NCBI GenBank assembly: GCA_013239625.1
Contig: MU053810.1
Coordinates: 3,442,071 to 3,506,070, forward strand
Direction: 5' to 3'
DNA: 64,000 nucleotides
Origin: Lama guanicoe
Lineage: Eukaryota
Positions 1 to 13,680 of this stretch are shown piece by piece. Positions within the stretch are counted from its first letter, which is position 1; the number at the start of each line of letters is the position of its first letter. The position numbers and the translations under genes are program-made. Under the pieces are notes generated by a model. The model ran no database searches and was not told where the DNA came from. It saw only the letters and a program-made list of their open reading frames with translations.

Positions 1-2158
1 GATCTAATTTATTTACCTTCTTCTCAGCCTGTAGGAAAATGGAATGTAGACTCCAGTGATTGACACTAAGTTGCTTAGGCATGGCTCAGTTTTGTATTCC
101 CTGATGCAAAGTGGAAAAAAAAAATCAAGCAAAAAAGCAATAGACAAATCCTATTAGTAAGAGAAAGATCTGGAGGAAAGATACTAATCTTTTTCACATT
201 CCATTTTGAAAAGAATATTTAATGCCTCCATCCTATATGATCAAACCTTACCAAATAGCCAACCACATCATACGCTTGTAGGGCAGCAGCTTTTTTAAAA
301 TGTGTCATCAAATCTCCTGGTAAATGCATTATATTCTCTGACAAGGATGCTGTGGACAGAAGAGCAGTTTTAGTCTTGGAGGGTAGCCAATACCCTGCAG
401 ACCCTCTCATCTAACTCATTTTATAAAAGAAACTGAGGCTCAAGGACATTTATGGAACAGCTGATCTACACCTGACTGCCCAGCCAGGTCTCTGTGTTTA
501 CTTACAGCCCTTTGTAAATGGTCCTGAGCTCACCACCAAACAGTCTCAGAAAAGGGATCCTCAGAGATCCCATTAAGGTGATGACGTTGGCATAAAAAGT
601 GAAATTCTCTTCTCTTCTAGAGACCTGCTATTTACTCATCTAAGGCACACTCAGCCCTCTCTTTTGAATGCCCAGCTCACCACCCACGTCCCTCCCCACA
701 CCCAGCTGGTTACCACCAGAGTGAAGATCCTATGTACTGTGACCCTATCCCAGTCTTCAGAGTTCCCTCCTGCCCTGCCACAGCTGCCCGGGCCAGGGCT
801 GGCCTCTCCCTGTGGTTGAAATGATAGGATATAAAGAATGGAGGCCATCAGCTTCCTCCACAATCGGGCCTGGAGGAGGCAGAGGTGCTGACAAAAGCAG
901 AGATGAAACAGAGAGGTCCTGGCACTGTGGGCAGCCCTGGTTCCCACCACGCTGCAGGCTTTGGCCTCCAGAACGCACCCCAGTATCCTCGAGACAAAGC
1001 TCTCCTTTTCCTCAGCTAAAATTGCGTATAATATTTAATAATGTAATTAACCCAGGTAAAACACTTTTAATTTCATGATCAACCGCCCTAGGAAACCGAT
1101 CACCCTGGCAGTGAATTATCAGAACTACATCTGAAAGCCAACTTTCCGTAGACATAATCAAGAGACGCCATCTCTGTTTTATGCAGGCTGGCTCTTTGGT
1201 CACGAAGGGCCCACCCCTGGATCATGACGTGCCTCCCAGTGAAGACAGTACCTGTCCCCAAAAGCAGCTGGAGAAAGAGCCAAGAGATGAGAGAGAAGAC
1301 AAGGAAGGCTGAGATGTCCTTGGACTTCTGACTCTATTCTTACTTTAAAAAAATCACTCAGACGGTCTAATACTGCGTTTTTATTCTTCCATCTCACACA
1401 AAAGAAGCTAAGAACTCACATTTTGCTTCTAGGTATCTTGCACACAGCTAATACGTGGTGGTTTTAAGCACACATATTTTTTCTTACAATCAGTCTTGGG
1501 CTCTGAGAGACAGGAAGCAGATCAGTTTGGATGGCAAAAAACCAAGACCACCCTTACTTCTGCCGAGAATAACTGTTCGAGTGCCATCTGTTTATCAGAC
1601 AGTAGAAGCTATAGTACACACACTGAGCTTCTAACATAGAAAGGACATGTCTTCCTCCCCTTTTGAACCTGAGCAGGGGTCGGAGCCAATGCGGGCTTCC
1701 TGGAAGCATCTCCAGGAAGCTGGTCTCTTTACCCCCCACCCACAGAGCACAAGAGTCCTGACTGACCTACAGTGCTAAACACACGTATCAAAGAAAGATG
1801 GAGAACATCTAGCAAGATTGTTCTCAAGATAAGCTGGCTGACATGCACTTCTCTTTAATTACTGTCTTCTATGTATGTAGATGCAGTCTTCTTACAGAAA
1901 AGCATCTGAAGGGGCAAAAAAAAAAAATGGGACGATGAAAATTGACTAGGCTACAACTCAGTTGACCCAAGGATGTTTCCTCTCCTTAAAATAAATAAAC
2001 AATAATGTTTACTTACACTACAAAGATTTTCCAAACCAGGAAAGAGACTCACTTTCCAAACGGCTCTCTGGCAAAAGCAGAAGAAAAAATACAAGGCTTC
2101 ATAACTCCTATTTTCATTACTTTTCTCATGGTTTCCTGAGCTCCAAGAAGCTTAGTAA

Positions 2159-2288
2159 GTGTGTGTGTGTGTGTGTGTGTGTGTCCCCGTCCGTCTTTCC
2201 ACACGCCTGCCTTTCAGTAGCACCTGCAGGGAGGGAGAATCACACTCTAATTTGGTGCCTAAATAGTGTGTGTGTGTGTGTGTGTGTG
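2159..2288. repeat. Two (GT)n microsatellites separated by ~80 bp
   Basis: GT runs at ~2159-2183 and ~2266-2288. Confidence 0.95.
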
Positions 2289-4024
2289 CTTTCCTGCTTT
2301 TTCATAAAGTACATGTGTCATTATTTTGTGAAAAGGTTTGGAATGGAGGTAGACGCAGGGACACAGATAAGAAAATGAAAGGAGCATGAGGAGGGTTTAG
2401 TTAGAGATAAACACACACTCCTGCCATTCGATGGCCCAGGCATCCCCACCTAAACCCCCTGAGACCCATCTGATCTATACAATGTGAAGGACAATAACGC
2501 AGAAAAAAAATGACAAGAATTCAGGGTGACTTCAACGACATGGAAAAACAAAAACAAAAGCATGAAGTGACAAGTGCGATGGGTAATAGGGAATGCTCTT
2601 TCCACAACTGGCCATTGCATCTGTGTTCCCAGTAACACAGGAACTGCCCCGTAAGGTCACAGAGGACAGCACTGCGGAGAGTTTCTCTGCACATCGGGTC
2701 CACTGAGGATGCTGGTGAATTAAGCTACAGTAAATAACCCAAAGAAAACATGCTACCGACACCAAGTATATGCGAAGTGACCCTTTGGGATTTCACGCAA
2801 TAACATCTCCAGTTAGTAGCAAGAGAATTCAGCCTTAGCCCTGGAAACGGAGGGCTGAGAATAACAAAACAAAAACAACGTGTGAAAAGAATTATGTTCC
2901 AAGAAAAGCAGTTAGAAGATAAAAATAAAATATGAAGGAGAACTTCTCAGCCATATCTTTAACTCCTGGTGAACCACTCTTATCTAAAAACCCTTCCAAG
3001 TCCTTTTTTACATCTATCCAATCTTCCAGGCTGTTCAAATTTGATCTCCTTCCCCTTCAAAGCCATCCTGGGATATTCCAGCCTGACTGACCTTCCTGTG
3101 GGTCTCGGTGCCTCTGCAGGATACAATAGACCATTTGGGGTGTTTATACATATGGTTTTCTCTCTCTTTTCCTGCAAAGGTTGTATCTTAAAATACACTG
3201 AGTGAAGTAGAAAGGGCAAAAAAAAACAGGCACCAAATAATGAATGATAATAGGAAATATTCAGACAACCAAAAAACTATCCCTCATTGAATTTAAGGCA
3301 CAAATCTGCATAATATAGTCATTCTGTGAATATTTTGTTAACTAAGATTAACCCTGAGATTGGCCCCGAGGTTACCACTGTATCAAAGAGGAAAAGTAAT
3401 CTCAAGGAAATTTCTTCCATGGAACAGCTTCTTTTCATCATTCTTCTTATTCAGATTTTTATGGATATCTTTGAAAATCTTTAACAACTTGTTCCAGACA
3501 ATGAACTCTCTGCCTGTTCCAAGTATTTTCCCTCAGACTGAAAAACACTCATTAATTTGAGTTTGACTCGTACATCTCTCTAATTTTATGGCAGGGGACC
3601 CTGAAACATTTATCTTTTTTTTTTTTAATGCAGTTTATCTCCAGGAAGAAGAGAAAACTGATTAACCACAATCAAACATTTAAAAAAATCCCTTGCTCTT
3701 TGTGGTCTGAAACCAGCAGGTTTTCTCCACATGCTTCAAGGCAACAAATATAATTGAATGTAACTATTTAAAACATCTTCCAAGCCTAACTAGCAAGAAA
3801 AGCCTTAGCTAGACCACAACATCCTTGAGAGGTCAGTTTGGCCAGTAAAAGCTAGGGACAGATTCCTGAAATAAGAAGCCAAAAGATATTTCTGATCCGA
3901 GAATATGGCCCAAAGATATTTGCTTGGGGGCAGTAAACACATCTTTGATACTAATCTCTTACCATCAAGAAGCCATCATCTGACTTCCCTCAAAATCTCA
4001 CTTTTACAAGTCAGAAAGCCCTGA

Positions 4025-4748
4025 TAAGAAAAAGGACCCCTTCTACACTGCGGGTCAGAATGTAATTGCTGCAGCCACTATGGAGGACAGTATGGAGGTT
4101 CCTTAAAGAACTAAAAATAAAACTTACCATATGATCCAGCAATCCCATTCTTGGGCATATATCCAGAGGAAAATATAATTCAAAAAGATATATGCACCCC
4201 AATGCTCACAGCAGCACTATTTGCAATAGCTAAGACATGGAAACAACTCAAACGTCCATTGACAGATGACTGGATAAAGGAGATGTGGTATACGTATACA
4301 ATGGAATACTACTCAGCCATAAAAAAGAATAAAACAATGTCATTTGTAACAACATGGATGGACCTGGAGACTGTCATTCTAAGTGAAGTAAGCCAGAAAG
4401 AGAAAGAAAAATACCACTTGATATTGCTTACATGTGGAATCTAAAAACAATACACAAATGAACTTATATGCAGAACAGAAACAGACTCTCAAATATAGAG
4501 AACAAACTTAGTTACCAGGGGGTATACGAGGGTGGGAAAGGATAAATCAGGAGTTCAAAATTTTCACCTCTTGGGGTGTGATGGAAATGTTAGCTGTCTT
4601 GATTATGGTGGTGGTTTCATAGCTGTATATGTCTATCAAAATTCATCAAATTCCACATCCAAAATATGTATACTTTAATGTGCAGGAATTATACCACAAT
4701 AAAGGTGTAAAAAAAATTAAATAATCAAAGAAAATCAAACAAACAACA
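4025..4748 (+). mobile_element. 5'-truncated LINE-1 (ORF2 C-terminus + chimeric 3' end) with A-rich tail and TSD
   Basis: ORF 4151-4444 (GIYPEE..KDICTPM..AALFAIAKTWKQ..W..YTMEYYSAIKKN..WMDLE..LSEVSQ) is the L1 ORF2p C-terminus. AATAAA ~4698. AAAATCTCACT at both 3992-4002 and 4749-4759. Confidence 0.93.
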
Positions 4749-5999
4749 AAAATCTCACTAATACAGGCATTAGAATATTTTCATTCAGAGTGTTAATTGG
4801 CATTTAGCTACATGTGATGCAATCTTTCAGAAAATTTCTCCAGAAGTTCTTGCAAATATGAGATTGAACATGCATGTCTTTGTCTAATGGATTCTCTAGA
4901 AGGCTTTGCCAAATGCTAAACATTTCATCATGCATTTATTCACCAGTTATCAAGCAACTTATGAATAATTTAACATTTTCCCGTATTCCACTATCAGATG
5001 AGTCTATAATGTCTCTAAGTTTCTTTCTCCTTTGTAATTTTTTGATTCAAAAAAAGTTTCTTTGTTAGGTTCCCATTTTGAAAATGTTAACTTGGCTATC
5101 AAATGATTCATGTTCTGCATAAAAAGGGCAGAGTGACAGGAGTCACTGCTGAATGTGAGAAAATATTCTGAGCCAAAATACATGTCAAATTGCCATTTCT
5201 TTTCTATGCAAGTGCCATGTTGCATCTGGTACCATGTCTGACCCCAGAGGCCATAGCTACACAACAAAACGGGGGATTAACTCAGTAGGAGGAATAAAAC
5301 ATGACCCCTTGGTGCCTTGTGCAGCATATGAAGGAGGGCTGGCCCTGGACACAACACTTAAGTAGGTTTATTCTTCAGCCACTTCTTTTCTGTGTTTCCC
5401 TCAAGGTCATTCATACCACCCTCCCCTCCCTTCAGGTACAAAAGGTCCCCTGTACTGGCTGCAGGAAACTGACAAGAGCATCCAGTCTCACTGTTTACTG
5501 TATCTCTTCTTGTCCATCCCTTGGGGACTTCTCAGGTGACAGACAGCTGACCTGACAATCCATCGGAGGAATTTATCAGTGGGTGTAAATGTTTGGCTGT
5601 CAGGTCACTCACTCTTTTTTCAGTCCCAGTTTTCTCAGCTATAAAATGGAAATAGGCACATTTGCCTCCACAATTCACCGTGAAATATCAAGGTACAATA
5701 CATCAGTGCTCTATCAGTGTAAGGTCTTAGATTCTGTTAATAATCCGGGTTTCTGGTCTCAAAAGTGTAGTCTCTCATTTAGGTATCACTCCTGGTATGG
5801 CATGCCAGTTAACAGAAAGCAGAAATAAATTCACTATTTTAAATGAACTTTTTTCTAGGCATGGTCTAGCTGCTGGCAGAATTGGACACATAAATCTCTA
5901 CAGTTTTTTAAAAAGTGGTCTAATTTTTTAAAAATAAAGCTTTTCCCCACTAAACCTGATGAACAAATTCATTGATTTTACTTGAATCTCTTTTCTGCC

Positions 6000-6870
6000 T
6001 TGTACTGGCTGCCTCTGCTCTAGCCCATTTCTGCCTGTCATAGTTGGCTGGGTTCAAGCCCTCTCATGTTCCACTGCAAGATGTGACGACTTCCAGATTT
6101 GTAACCAAAGCTCACACTCTCCTCTGAGCTCGACCTCTAGATCCCATGGCTTTCTTGAGAGCTCCACGTGGATGGCTCAAAAGCACTGGCTACTCAGTTA
6201 ATAATGCCAGAACCCAGGACGTTTCATTCTTGACACTCCTTTCATTCTTACACCCAACACTCAATCACTCCCTGAGTCCTGAAGGGTTGTCTCCTAAATA
6301 CACATCCAAGCCTGTATCTCTCCATCTCGGCAGCCACCACCCTAATCCAAGCCATCCCTTCCACCTGCTCTACCTACCACACCAGGTCTCTCCTGGGATC
6401 ATTTAAAAACACTCATCTGCTCTCATTCTCATTCTCAAAAGGTGACTTCTGATTGCTTTTAGGGAGAAAGTCCTTCTTGGGACCTCAAAGCCCTACGTGA
6501 TAGGACGCTACCCAACTCTGCAGCCTGGACACTGGTCACTCACCCAACTGGCCTTCTCCCCTCCTTCCAACGAGCCTCAGGCTTCGCGCCCAGAATTTCC
6601 TTGCCCACCCCACTTCCTGCTTCGCCTGGCAAACTCACCTCCACCTTTAAGGCTGAAAGGCATCTTCCCTGAGAGGTCGTCCCAGCACCCCACCCCCACC
6701 TCCAGTCCAGACTAAGTCCCTTATTACTAAGTCACTTTCAAGCATCACGTATGTGCCCTTTGCAGCCTCACCGTGACTGTCATTCTTGCTATTTGTGTGA
6801 TGTGTTTGGAGTGTCTCCCCAGGAGAGCAGACCATGACTCTTAAGTGTAGCGCCACCCAGGCGCCAGCTC
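6000..6870 (+). mobile_element. LINE-2 fragment (degenerate)
   Basis: C/T-rich strand with L2-like motifs (CTCACACTCTCCTCTGAGCTC, CTAATCCAAGCCATC, GCATCTTCCCTGAGAGG). Boundaries approximate. Confidence 0.6.
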
Positions 6871-9344
6871 GGATTCAGGCTCAGCGGAGCGGAAGGCCTG
6901 GCCGGCACCCATCCCTCATTCCCTCTTCCTTCCCATGCGCCTTCTTCCTGTCCTGCCCAGGCTGGGGGCGAAGAATTACATTTCTCAAACTTCCTTGACA
7001 GCAGCCATCTGGATCTAAAACCACAATCCAACCTCCAGCTCAACCTAGAGCTGCTGCTTCTGCATTTGCAAAGATTCTTTGAGCCATTGTTAATACTCAC
7101 TAATCCATTTAATTTCTTATTATCTAGATCAGCTGCAGGAGCTTCCGGTTTTTGTAACTGAGCCCTGACCTGGATGGTGCTTGACACAGGATAAACGACC
7201 ACTTGACATTCATGATCAAATTTATAACCTACACACATGACAATTTTTAACTGCCCACTTTCTTACAGACCACTGAAATGTGGTATTTTGTGGGGCAATT
7301 CCTTTTGCAAAGCAATGTCTTCAGAGTGATCAACACTGTGGTTATAGTTCACGTAAGAAATAATTAAAATCAGAAAGTTTAAATATCTGTGATAAGAGTC
7401 ATCAAGCCTATTAGTTCATGGTTTCATGGTTCAAAGGTTAACATTTGCTTTGAAGACAGCCAAATGTGTCTTAAAAATCAAAATCGAAAAAGTCGACCAA
7501 GTGGGCAATTCATTCTTTGAACTCCCATTATATTCAATATGTGCAACACAGGGAAATGGAAATGATATTTGGTCCAATGACAAACAATATACAAGCAATT
7601 CTCAGTGGAAAATGCTGCTCCTTGCTCTACTTCAATGTTGCTTTAAAATGTTGATGAGAAGGGCCACCCCTGGGGGGTGTGGCTCACACTGGATGTAAGT
7701 GAAGGTCAGGGCCACTCCAAGGACAACTCTGAGAAGGAAAATACGGTTTTAAAGGGTAGATAAGGGAGAATGTATGGAAAAGGAGGAGCATCCTCCCCTC
7801 TTGCCTCAGACCTGGTTCGGGGTGGGGGAGGACGTGGGAGATAAGAAAGCAAAGGCAGGCGGATGATGTTCTGCAAAGTGGAGCCGTTTCCTTCCCCATC
7901 CTCCCCCTCCCACCTGAGTCACAGTGAAGGATCCCCGCCGTGGGGCCAGGGTGATGAAGAAAATTGACTCTCAAACTTCTGAATCCTTTTGTCTTCTCTG
8001 CACAGCCCATTTCACTGGGGAGGTGAAGTGTTAGCATCAGCAGGCCCGCAGATTTCATCCATCCACCTTCATCTTTTCTTAACGGCTCAAATTCAGCAGA
8101 GACACGGTGCGCGCAGGGGCCAGGAGACAAGAGAAAAGGGGAAGAGGGTTCCTGCCTGTCATCAGCGGTGAAAGAATGGCCCACCGGCAGGGATACACCT
8201 GCAGCGACACCTCTTTGGGCGGCTTGAAGAATCACACGGTGAGGCGGTGCTCTAAATATCAGTCTGACCCTCCAAGAGCAAGGGGAGACTGGTCAAGGTC
8301 TGCAGTCTGAGAATAACTGTGGGTTGGACGAGTCTGGAGGTCAGTATTAATTCCAAGACAGAGCAGCTGCTGCCTCTGAAGTGACTGTGCATCTTGTAAA
8401 GGGTGGGTGTTTTGGCAAGTGCAGTGGTGTTCCCTGCTTGCCTGCCACCGGGCGTAGATTTAACAACAGGGGAAGAAAGGGAAGTCCCGGGCTGGGAGTT
8501 CTGGAATGGTAAATGACTTTCTGCAGGGCACAGATGCCCTAGGCCATTCCTCGTTCCAATTTAATTTTGGAAAACAGATGTTTCCGTAAATTTTTCAGGA
8601 AAATTTAATCTCGTAATTACTTCCAGAGAATGCTCCTGAAGGATGAAAATTATTTTATTTCCTCAAGGTCAGCCGGTCAGTCACTCACCCCCTAGGAGAA
8701 CCATCAGCTGGGAAGGGAGTGGAAAACACAGCTCCCACTTTCCAGGAATTTACAGTGTGAGGAGGGAAAAAGAAAAATAGAGAAACACTGATCCTTACAG
8801 TGGGTGAATGATTCAACTCAGTGCAAAAAATTATAAATTAGAGAATTCTATGAATAACTACACCTGTGAAAGGTGTTCTTGACATGAGCTCCAATTTCAG
8901 AATTTAAAAGGCGGTGGGAGGGAAGGTGCTTAGCTAGAATGGACAGAACTAGTTGAGTTGTCTCTGAGAAGCAAAGCCTTCAAAGAAAGGTAAGTTATAG
9001 AGACAGATGCAGGGGTGGTCATCATGTAATTCCCAACACAGTATCTGATCCTTCTGCTGGTTAGACTCGAACATCCCAGAAGTTTGAAGCAACCCCGTGC
9101 TGGAGAAAATGGAGCCACAAGATCTGGATATGTAATTGCAAGTGAGTTAAAACCCTCTACTCACACTGGGTAAAGGGGTTAGAATATGATCTGGTACACC
9201 CCAAGGTATCCAATGAGATACGTGAGAGTGAAAACCTGGAAGGGTTATGCCTGTGAATCTTCCAGTTAAAGCCAAAGAGGGAGGCTCTGCCAGGATGGCT
9301 CTGGAGCTTCGCTGAGGAAAAGTCAGGAGAAAGAAATGAATGGA

Positions 9345-9867
9345 GGTGATTGGATAAAAAAGCTGTGGTTTATTTCTACAATGGAATACTACTCAGCCAT
9401 AAAAAAGACTAAAATAATGCCATTTGCAGCAACACGGATGGACCTAGAGATCATCATTCTAAGTGAAGCAAGCCAGAAAGAGAAAGAAAAATGCCATATG
9501 ATATCACTTATTTGTGGAATCTGAAAAAAAACAAAAAACAAAAAAACACTATGAACTCATCTACAAAACAGAAACAGACTTGCAGACATAGTAAACAATC
9601 TTATAGTTACCAGGGAAAGGCGGTGTGAAGGGATAAATTTGGGAGTTTGAGATTTACAAATGTTAGCCCCTATATATAAAAATAGCTTTTAAAAAAAGTT
9701 TCTGCTGTATAGCACAAGGAACTATGTCCAATATCTGGTAATTACCTTTAATGAGAAAGAATATGAAAATTAATATATGTATATACATGCACGACTGGGA
9801 CATTGTGCTGTACACCAGAAATTGACACACTGTAACTGGTGGTGTTTCAATTGAAAAAAAAAAAAAA
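9345..9867 (+). mobile_element. 5'-truncated LINE-1 3' end (lineage-specific type)
   Basis: ORF2 C-terminal peptide WIKKLW..TMEYYSAIKK..MPFAAT.MDLEIIILSE, L1 3'UTR, poly(A) 9854-9867, imperfect TSD AAGAAATGAATGGA / AAGAATGAGTGGA. Confidence 0.93.
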
Positions 9868-10899
9868 GAATGAGTGGATGAAGGGAATCGTGCCTCATGA
9901 GATGGTGGAGGTGGGGCGCAGGCCAGATAAGTAGATGGAGGTCTTGGGGTACTACCAGGTGGAAAAATAATTAGACCCAACACCAAGGAGCCAGCGTTCC
10001 CTAGAGTTCTAGGGGAAAAGAAGCTCTTAAACCAATGGGCACTGTAGAAAGTTTGGCTGTCATTGCTGTGTCTGCACACGTGGACGGAGAGCATCCTCTG
10101 GGCTGGAGCTCCCTGCAGGAGTAGGAGGCCTGCCTGTGACCGCTGCCCTGGCTTTCAGAACCGCACCAACTCCTGCTCTGCCCCTGCAGAAGCTGGATGC
10201 CCCGTGTTTCTCTTGACTTAGCCGGTTCCCAGCTGCACAGTCTACTTTATTTGTTTTGAAAATACAGCTGAGTTTCAAGAACAGAGACAACCACATATCA
10301 TTTTAATGGGATTTCCTTCTAGGCTTTTCGGGTTTAAAGCAGTTTGCAGATGTCTGAGCCCATACGGTAAACCATTCCGTAGCCTGCTTTTTCTCATGTA
10401 AAGATTCTTCAAAATACCGTGGTGAGTAGGTGCTCAGTAAACACTTACTGAAATGTAAACATGCCTAAATAGCTAGAAAATATTCTAACATGCATCATCT
10501 GTACCATAATTCATCCTTCTTTTTTCCCTTTTCTTTTTTAATGTTGTTGACCCCCATATTTTGTCATAAACCCATGATTTGCTCAGATGGAGGGTTTAGA
10601 TTCTCGGTTCCTTTATCAGGCTAAGGGCTGAGTCTGTTACACAGTGTTGCATCGTTCCACTGGAGACTCATGAAGGATTGGAATGGACACCATCAGTTCT
10701 GACAACATCAGCATCACTGTCATCAGACTCGTCAGCATCTTAGGAGACAAACCAAAAACCCCATGCAGCCTTAAGAATAGAGTTCAGGTGCCTCTACTCT
10801 AAGAAGCTTTCACATAATGAAACAATTATATAATCACCTCTGTTTAATGTCGCATTATTTTTTTCCTCCTGGGTTAGTCCTGTCTTCCGGTGACAGATA

Positions 10900-11380
10900 C
10901 CTGCTGTTCCTGCCAGTCAGTATCTATCTATTCAGCTCCTTCTGGTGACAGCATCCCGTGTCCTTACCTGGGGCAACCAGCCCCTCTCTGACTCCCAGCC
11001 CAGCCCCACAAGGGGAACGCGTGAACTGTCCTTAAGAAATAAGCACTTTCCATCCCCTGGATGTGGCGACTGCATCAGAGGCAGACACAGGACCCAGTCT
11101 GAACCCGTGACAGTCAGGTCCCAAGACTTCTATTCAAACTTTTATTAGAGCAAAAGACACTTTCCTGCTAGACTCAATGATGAAAAATGTCTCTGGCTGG
11201 GGCAGCTGAAGCCATCTTACCACCATGAGGGTAAAGATAAAGCCAACAACCAAGCAAGAGGCATTGAGATGGAAAGAAAGAAATGGAGCCGCAAACTCTA
11301 TGAGCTTCTAGGCTGGATGACACCTGGATTTTGTACACGAAGGTCGGTAAGTTCCCTTCTTGATTAGTCAACTTAAACCA
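10900..11380 (+). mobile_element. MaLR (MLT1-type) LTR remnant
   Basis: Motifs resembling MLT1 LTRs (CACAGGACCCAGTCTGAACC, GCAGCTGAAGCCATCTTACCACCATGAGG, GATGGAAAGAA). Confidence 0.55.
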
Positions 11381-12069
11381 ATTAAAAAAAATAGAGTCCT
11401 AAATCATTTGCCAATTGAATTTTAAAATCCCCGAGCCTGATGAAGTGTCCTCTGGTTCCCAACAATACCAAGAACAGGGTTCAAATGTTTAATGTACACC
11501 TTGGGTCCAGGGCCATGTTTTATTTTGCTTTGTTTCTGTCCCAGCACCCAATACTGTGATGACACATCAAACGTCTGTTACTTCTCAGGACTCAGGCTTC
11601 CAAATGGACGAAGACACTCTCCTAAGTACCGATCCCATCACAGCCTGCTGGGGGAGGCTGTGCTGCTGGTAATGCCGTACCCCCCACCCTCTGCCTATCT
11701 CTCGGGACCTCCCAGAAGAACAGGTGGAAATAACCCCAAATCACTTAAGACAATGAGTGGTTCTCGGGAACAAAGCACCAGTCTTCTGTCAATATCTCCG
11801 AATTTCAAGGGACAAATATTTGCCTTTTCAAAGAACTTCTTGGATTTAGTTTTTACTTTCATGCGGCTCTACAATTCCTCCAAGAGCAATTTCAGATTTC
11901 TCTCTTCACCTGAAGGATTCCAAAAGGATGTCTTTAATCTCCACACTCCAAAGCAAAGAAAAAGATCTGCATCATCTAAAGACCATTTTTACAAAAAAAA
12001 AAAACAAAACCCAAAAAGCTAAAAACTGTAAGTAATTTAGATTCTACAGCAATAAACATTATGTATTTC

Positions 12070-12195
12070 TTTTTTTTTTAAATTGTGGAAAAAAACACTT
12101 AGCATGAGGTCTACCCTCTTAAATTTTTAAGCATACAAGATCGTTAACTACGGGTACCATGTTGTACAGCAGAGCTCTGGAACTTAACCACCTTG
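12070..12195 (-). mobile_element. L1MA-type 3' end fragment
   Basis: T tract followed by CTACCCTCTTAAATTTTTAAG...ATGTTGTACAGCAGAGCTCTGGAACTTA, the reverse complement of an L1MA 3' terminus. Confidence 0.7.
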
Positions 12196-12502
12196 CTCTT
12201 TGCTCTCGTTATAAATATCTTCTAAAAGAATATGCCCACCACAGAAAATAAGACTTGATGGTACAGCTTGAATTTTGGGAATGTGTTTCTCTATCACATA
12301 CGCATATGGTAAAGCTGGCCTGTCCACTGGCAAAGCTTAAAGCCCAAAGCCTAGGCATGAGATAGGAGAGAATAAATGGGAACACTGTTAGCATTGCTAT
12401 GACTTTTTAAATGGGTGCAATCATGCTAAACTTCAGATGCAGTACATATATATATATATATATATTATGGATGTAAGCTAGCACTGTTGAGAAATCATTT
12501 TC

Positions 12503-12667
12503 TTCTTTTCTTTTTTTAATGTTTTCCTTTTTAATTTTTTTTGGAGGGGGAAGGTAATTAGGTTCATTTATTTACTTATTTTTAGAGGAGATACTGGAGA
12601 TTGAACCCAGGGCTTGTGCACGGCTAGGGATGTATTCTACCACTTGAGTTATGCGCCCCCCCCACCA
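12503..12667 (-). mobile_element. tRNA-Ala-derived camelid SINE (Vic-1-like), long-tail form
   Basis: Reverse complement has A-box TAACTCAAGTGG and B-box GGTTCAATC, an A-rich/C-run/A-rich tail, and TSD AGAAATCATT(T/C)TC at 12490-12502 and 12668-12680. Confidence 0.9.
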
Positions 12668-13509
12668 AGAAATCATTCTCAACTGGACTTACAAAACGGA
12701 CATACCTATTTTGGGGGTTACAAACCATACAGAGGTCACTACTACAGAAACATGTGGCACCAAAAGTACAGACAGGAAAAGAAACGTGTAATTTTTTCTA
12801 AGTAATCAGCTATGTGTAAAATGCAAAAATACTTGACTCACCCTAGAGGAGAACTGTTTTCTATAAATGTTTGTTGATCTTTTCAGAATTAGGCATTCAA
12901 GGGTTTGCTCTAAGCTGAACGTGTGGCAAGCAACTGTCAGGCCAACAACATAAATCATTTTACAAAAATATTGCCAATTAGAACAGGCAACAATTACGAT
13001 AAAATGACTCAAAGTGTTGCCTGGGACATGAACAGCAATGAAAGAGATTTTTTTCCTGGAAAGAATTGCAACACTTTACAACATAATACCATCTTTTACA
13101 CTTGAAGTACATGCCCTGGTGGAGAAATCAGCCCTGGTCCATTAATGTTTTATATACATATAGGAAATCTGAGGACTTATAAAAAAATTACGTTGAATTG
13201 ATGCAAACACACTGAGAAGAAAAACAAGGATAATCAGTTTAAACTACAAAAAGGTCAAAATACGATGACACAGTGAAAACAACTCAAATTCAAGAATCAC
13301 AATTCAAAGAATCCCAAACCTATGTGTTTTAAAAAAAAACAAAACTCCAAAAAAAGAAGCTTCTTACACTAGATTTTTACCAAATCTCCAACTCATCAAC
13401 CCCCGGGGATTATAGGATTATATAGTTGCTGCGTAGCTAAAGATCCCATAGGAATGCAAATGAGGATGTCCTCCTTGTTAATTAAGTCTAAGCCGCTATC
13501 CTAAACCCA

Positions 13510-13680
13510 GTAATATCCTAGGCATTTTACATATATTTTCTCATAAACTCTGTGGAATAATTCCATTAGAGATGAATTTTTACCTCCATTTTGAAGAAGA
13601 GGAAACGCAGTTCAGAAAAGTTAAACAACTTGCCCAAGATCACAAGGTCATATTTAATCCCATGACCAAACCCAAAGCTT
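13510..13680 (-). mobile_element. MIR SINE
   Basis: CCATTTTGAAGAAGAGGAAACGCAG..GTTAAACAACTTGCCCAAGATCACA core. Confidence 0.75.

Noticed and set aside
2665..2685. RE1/REST-like GACAGCACTGCGGAGAG
   Set aside because: Several mismatches at key consensus positions.
4151..4444. 97-aa ORF (and the 62-aa ORF at 9336-9524) as host genes
   Set aside because: Both are L1 ORF2p C-terminal remnants of 5'-truncated elements.
6789..8235. 149-aa and 183-aa minus-strand ORFs
   Set aside because: No recognisable domain or exon structure. Consistent with chance intronic ORFs.
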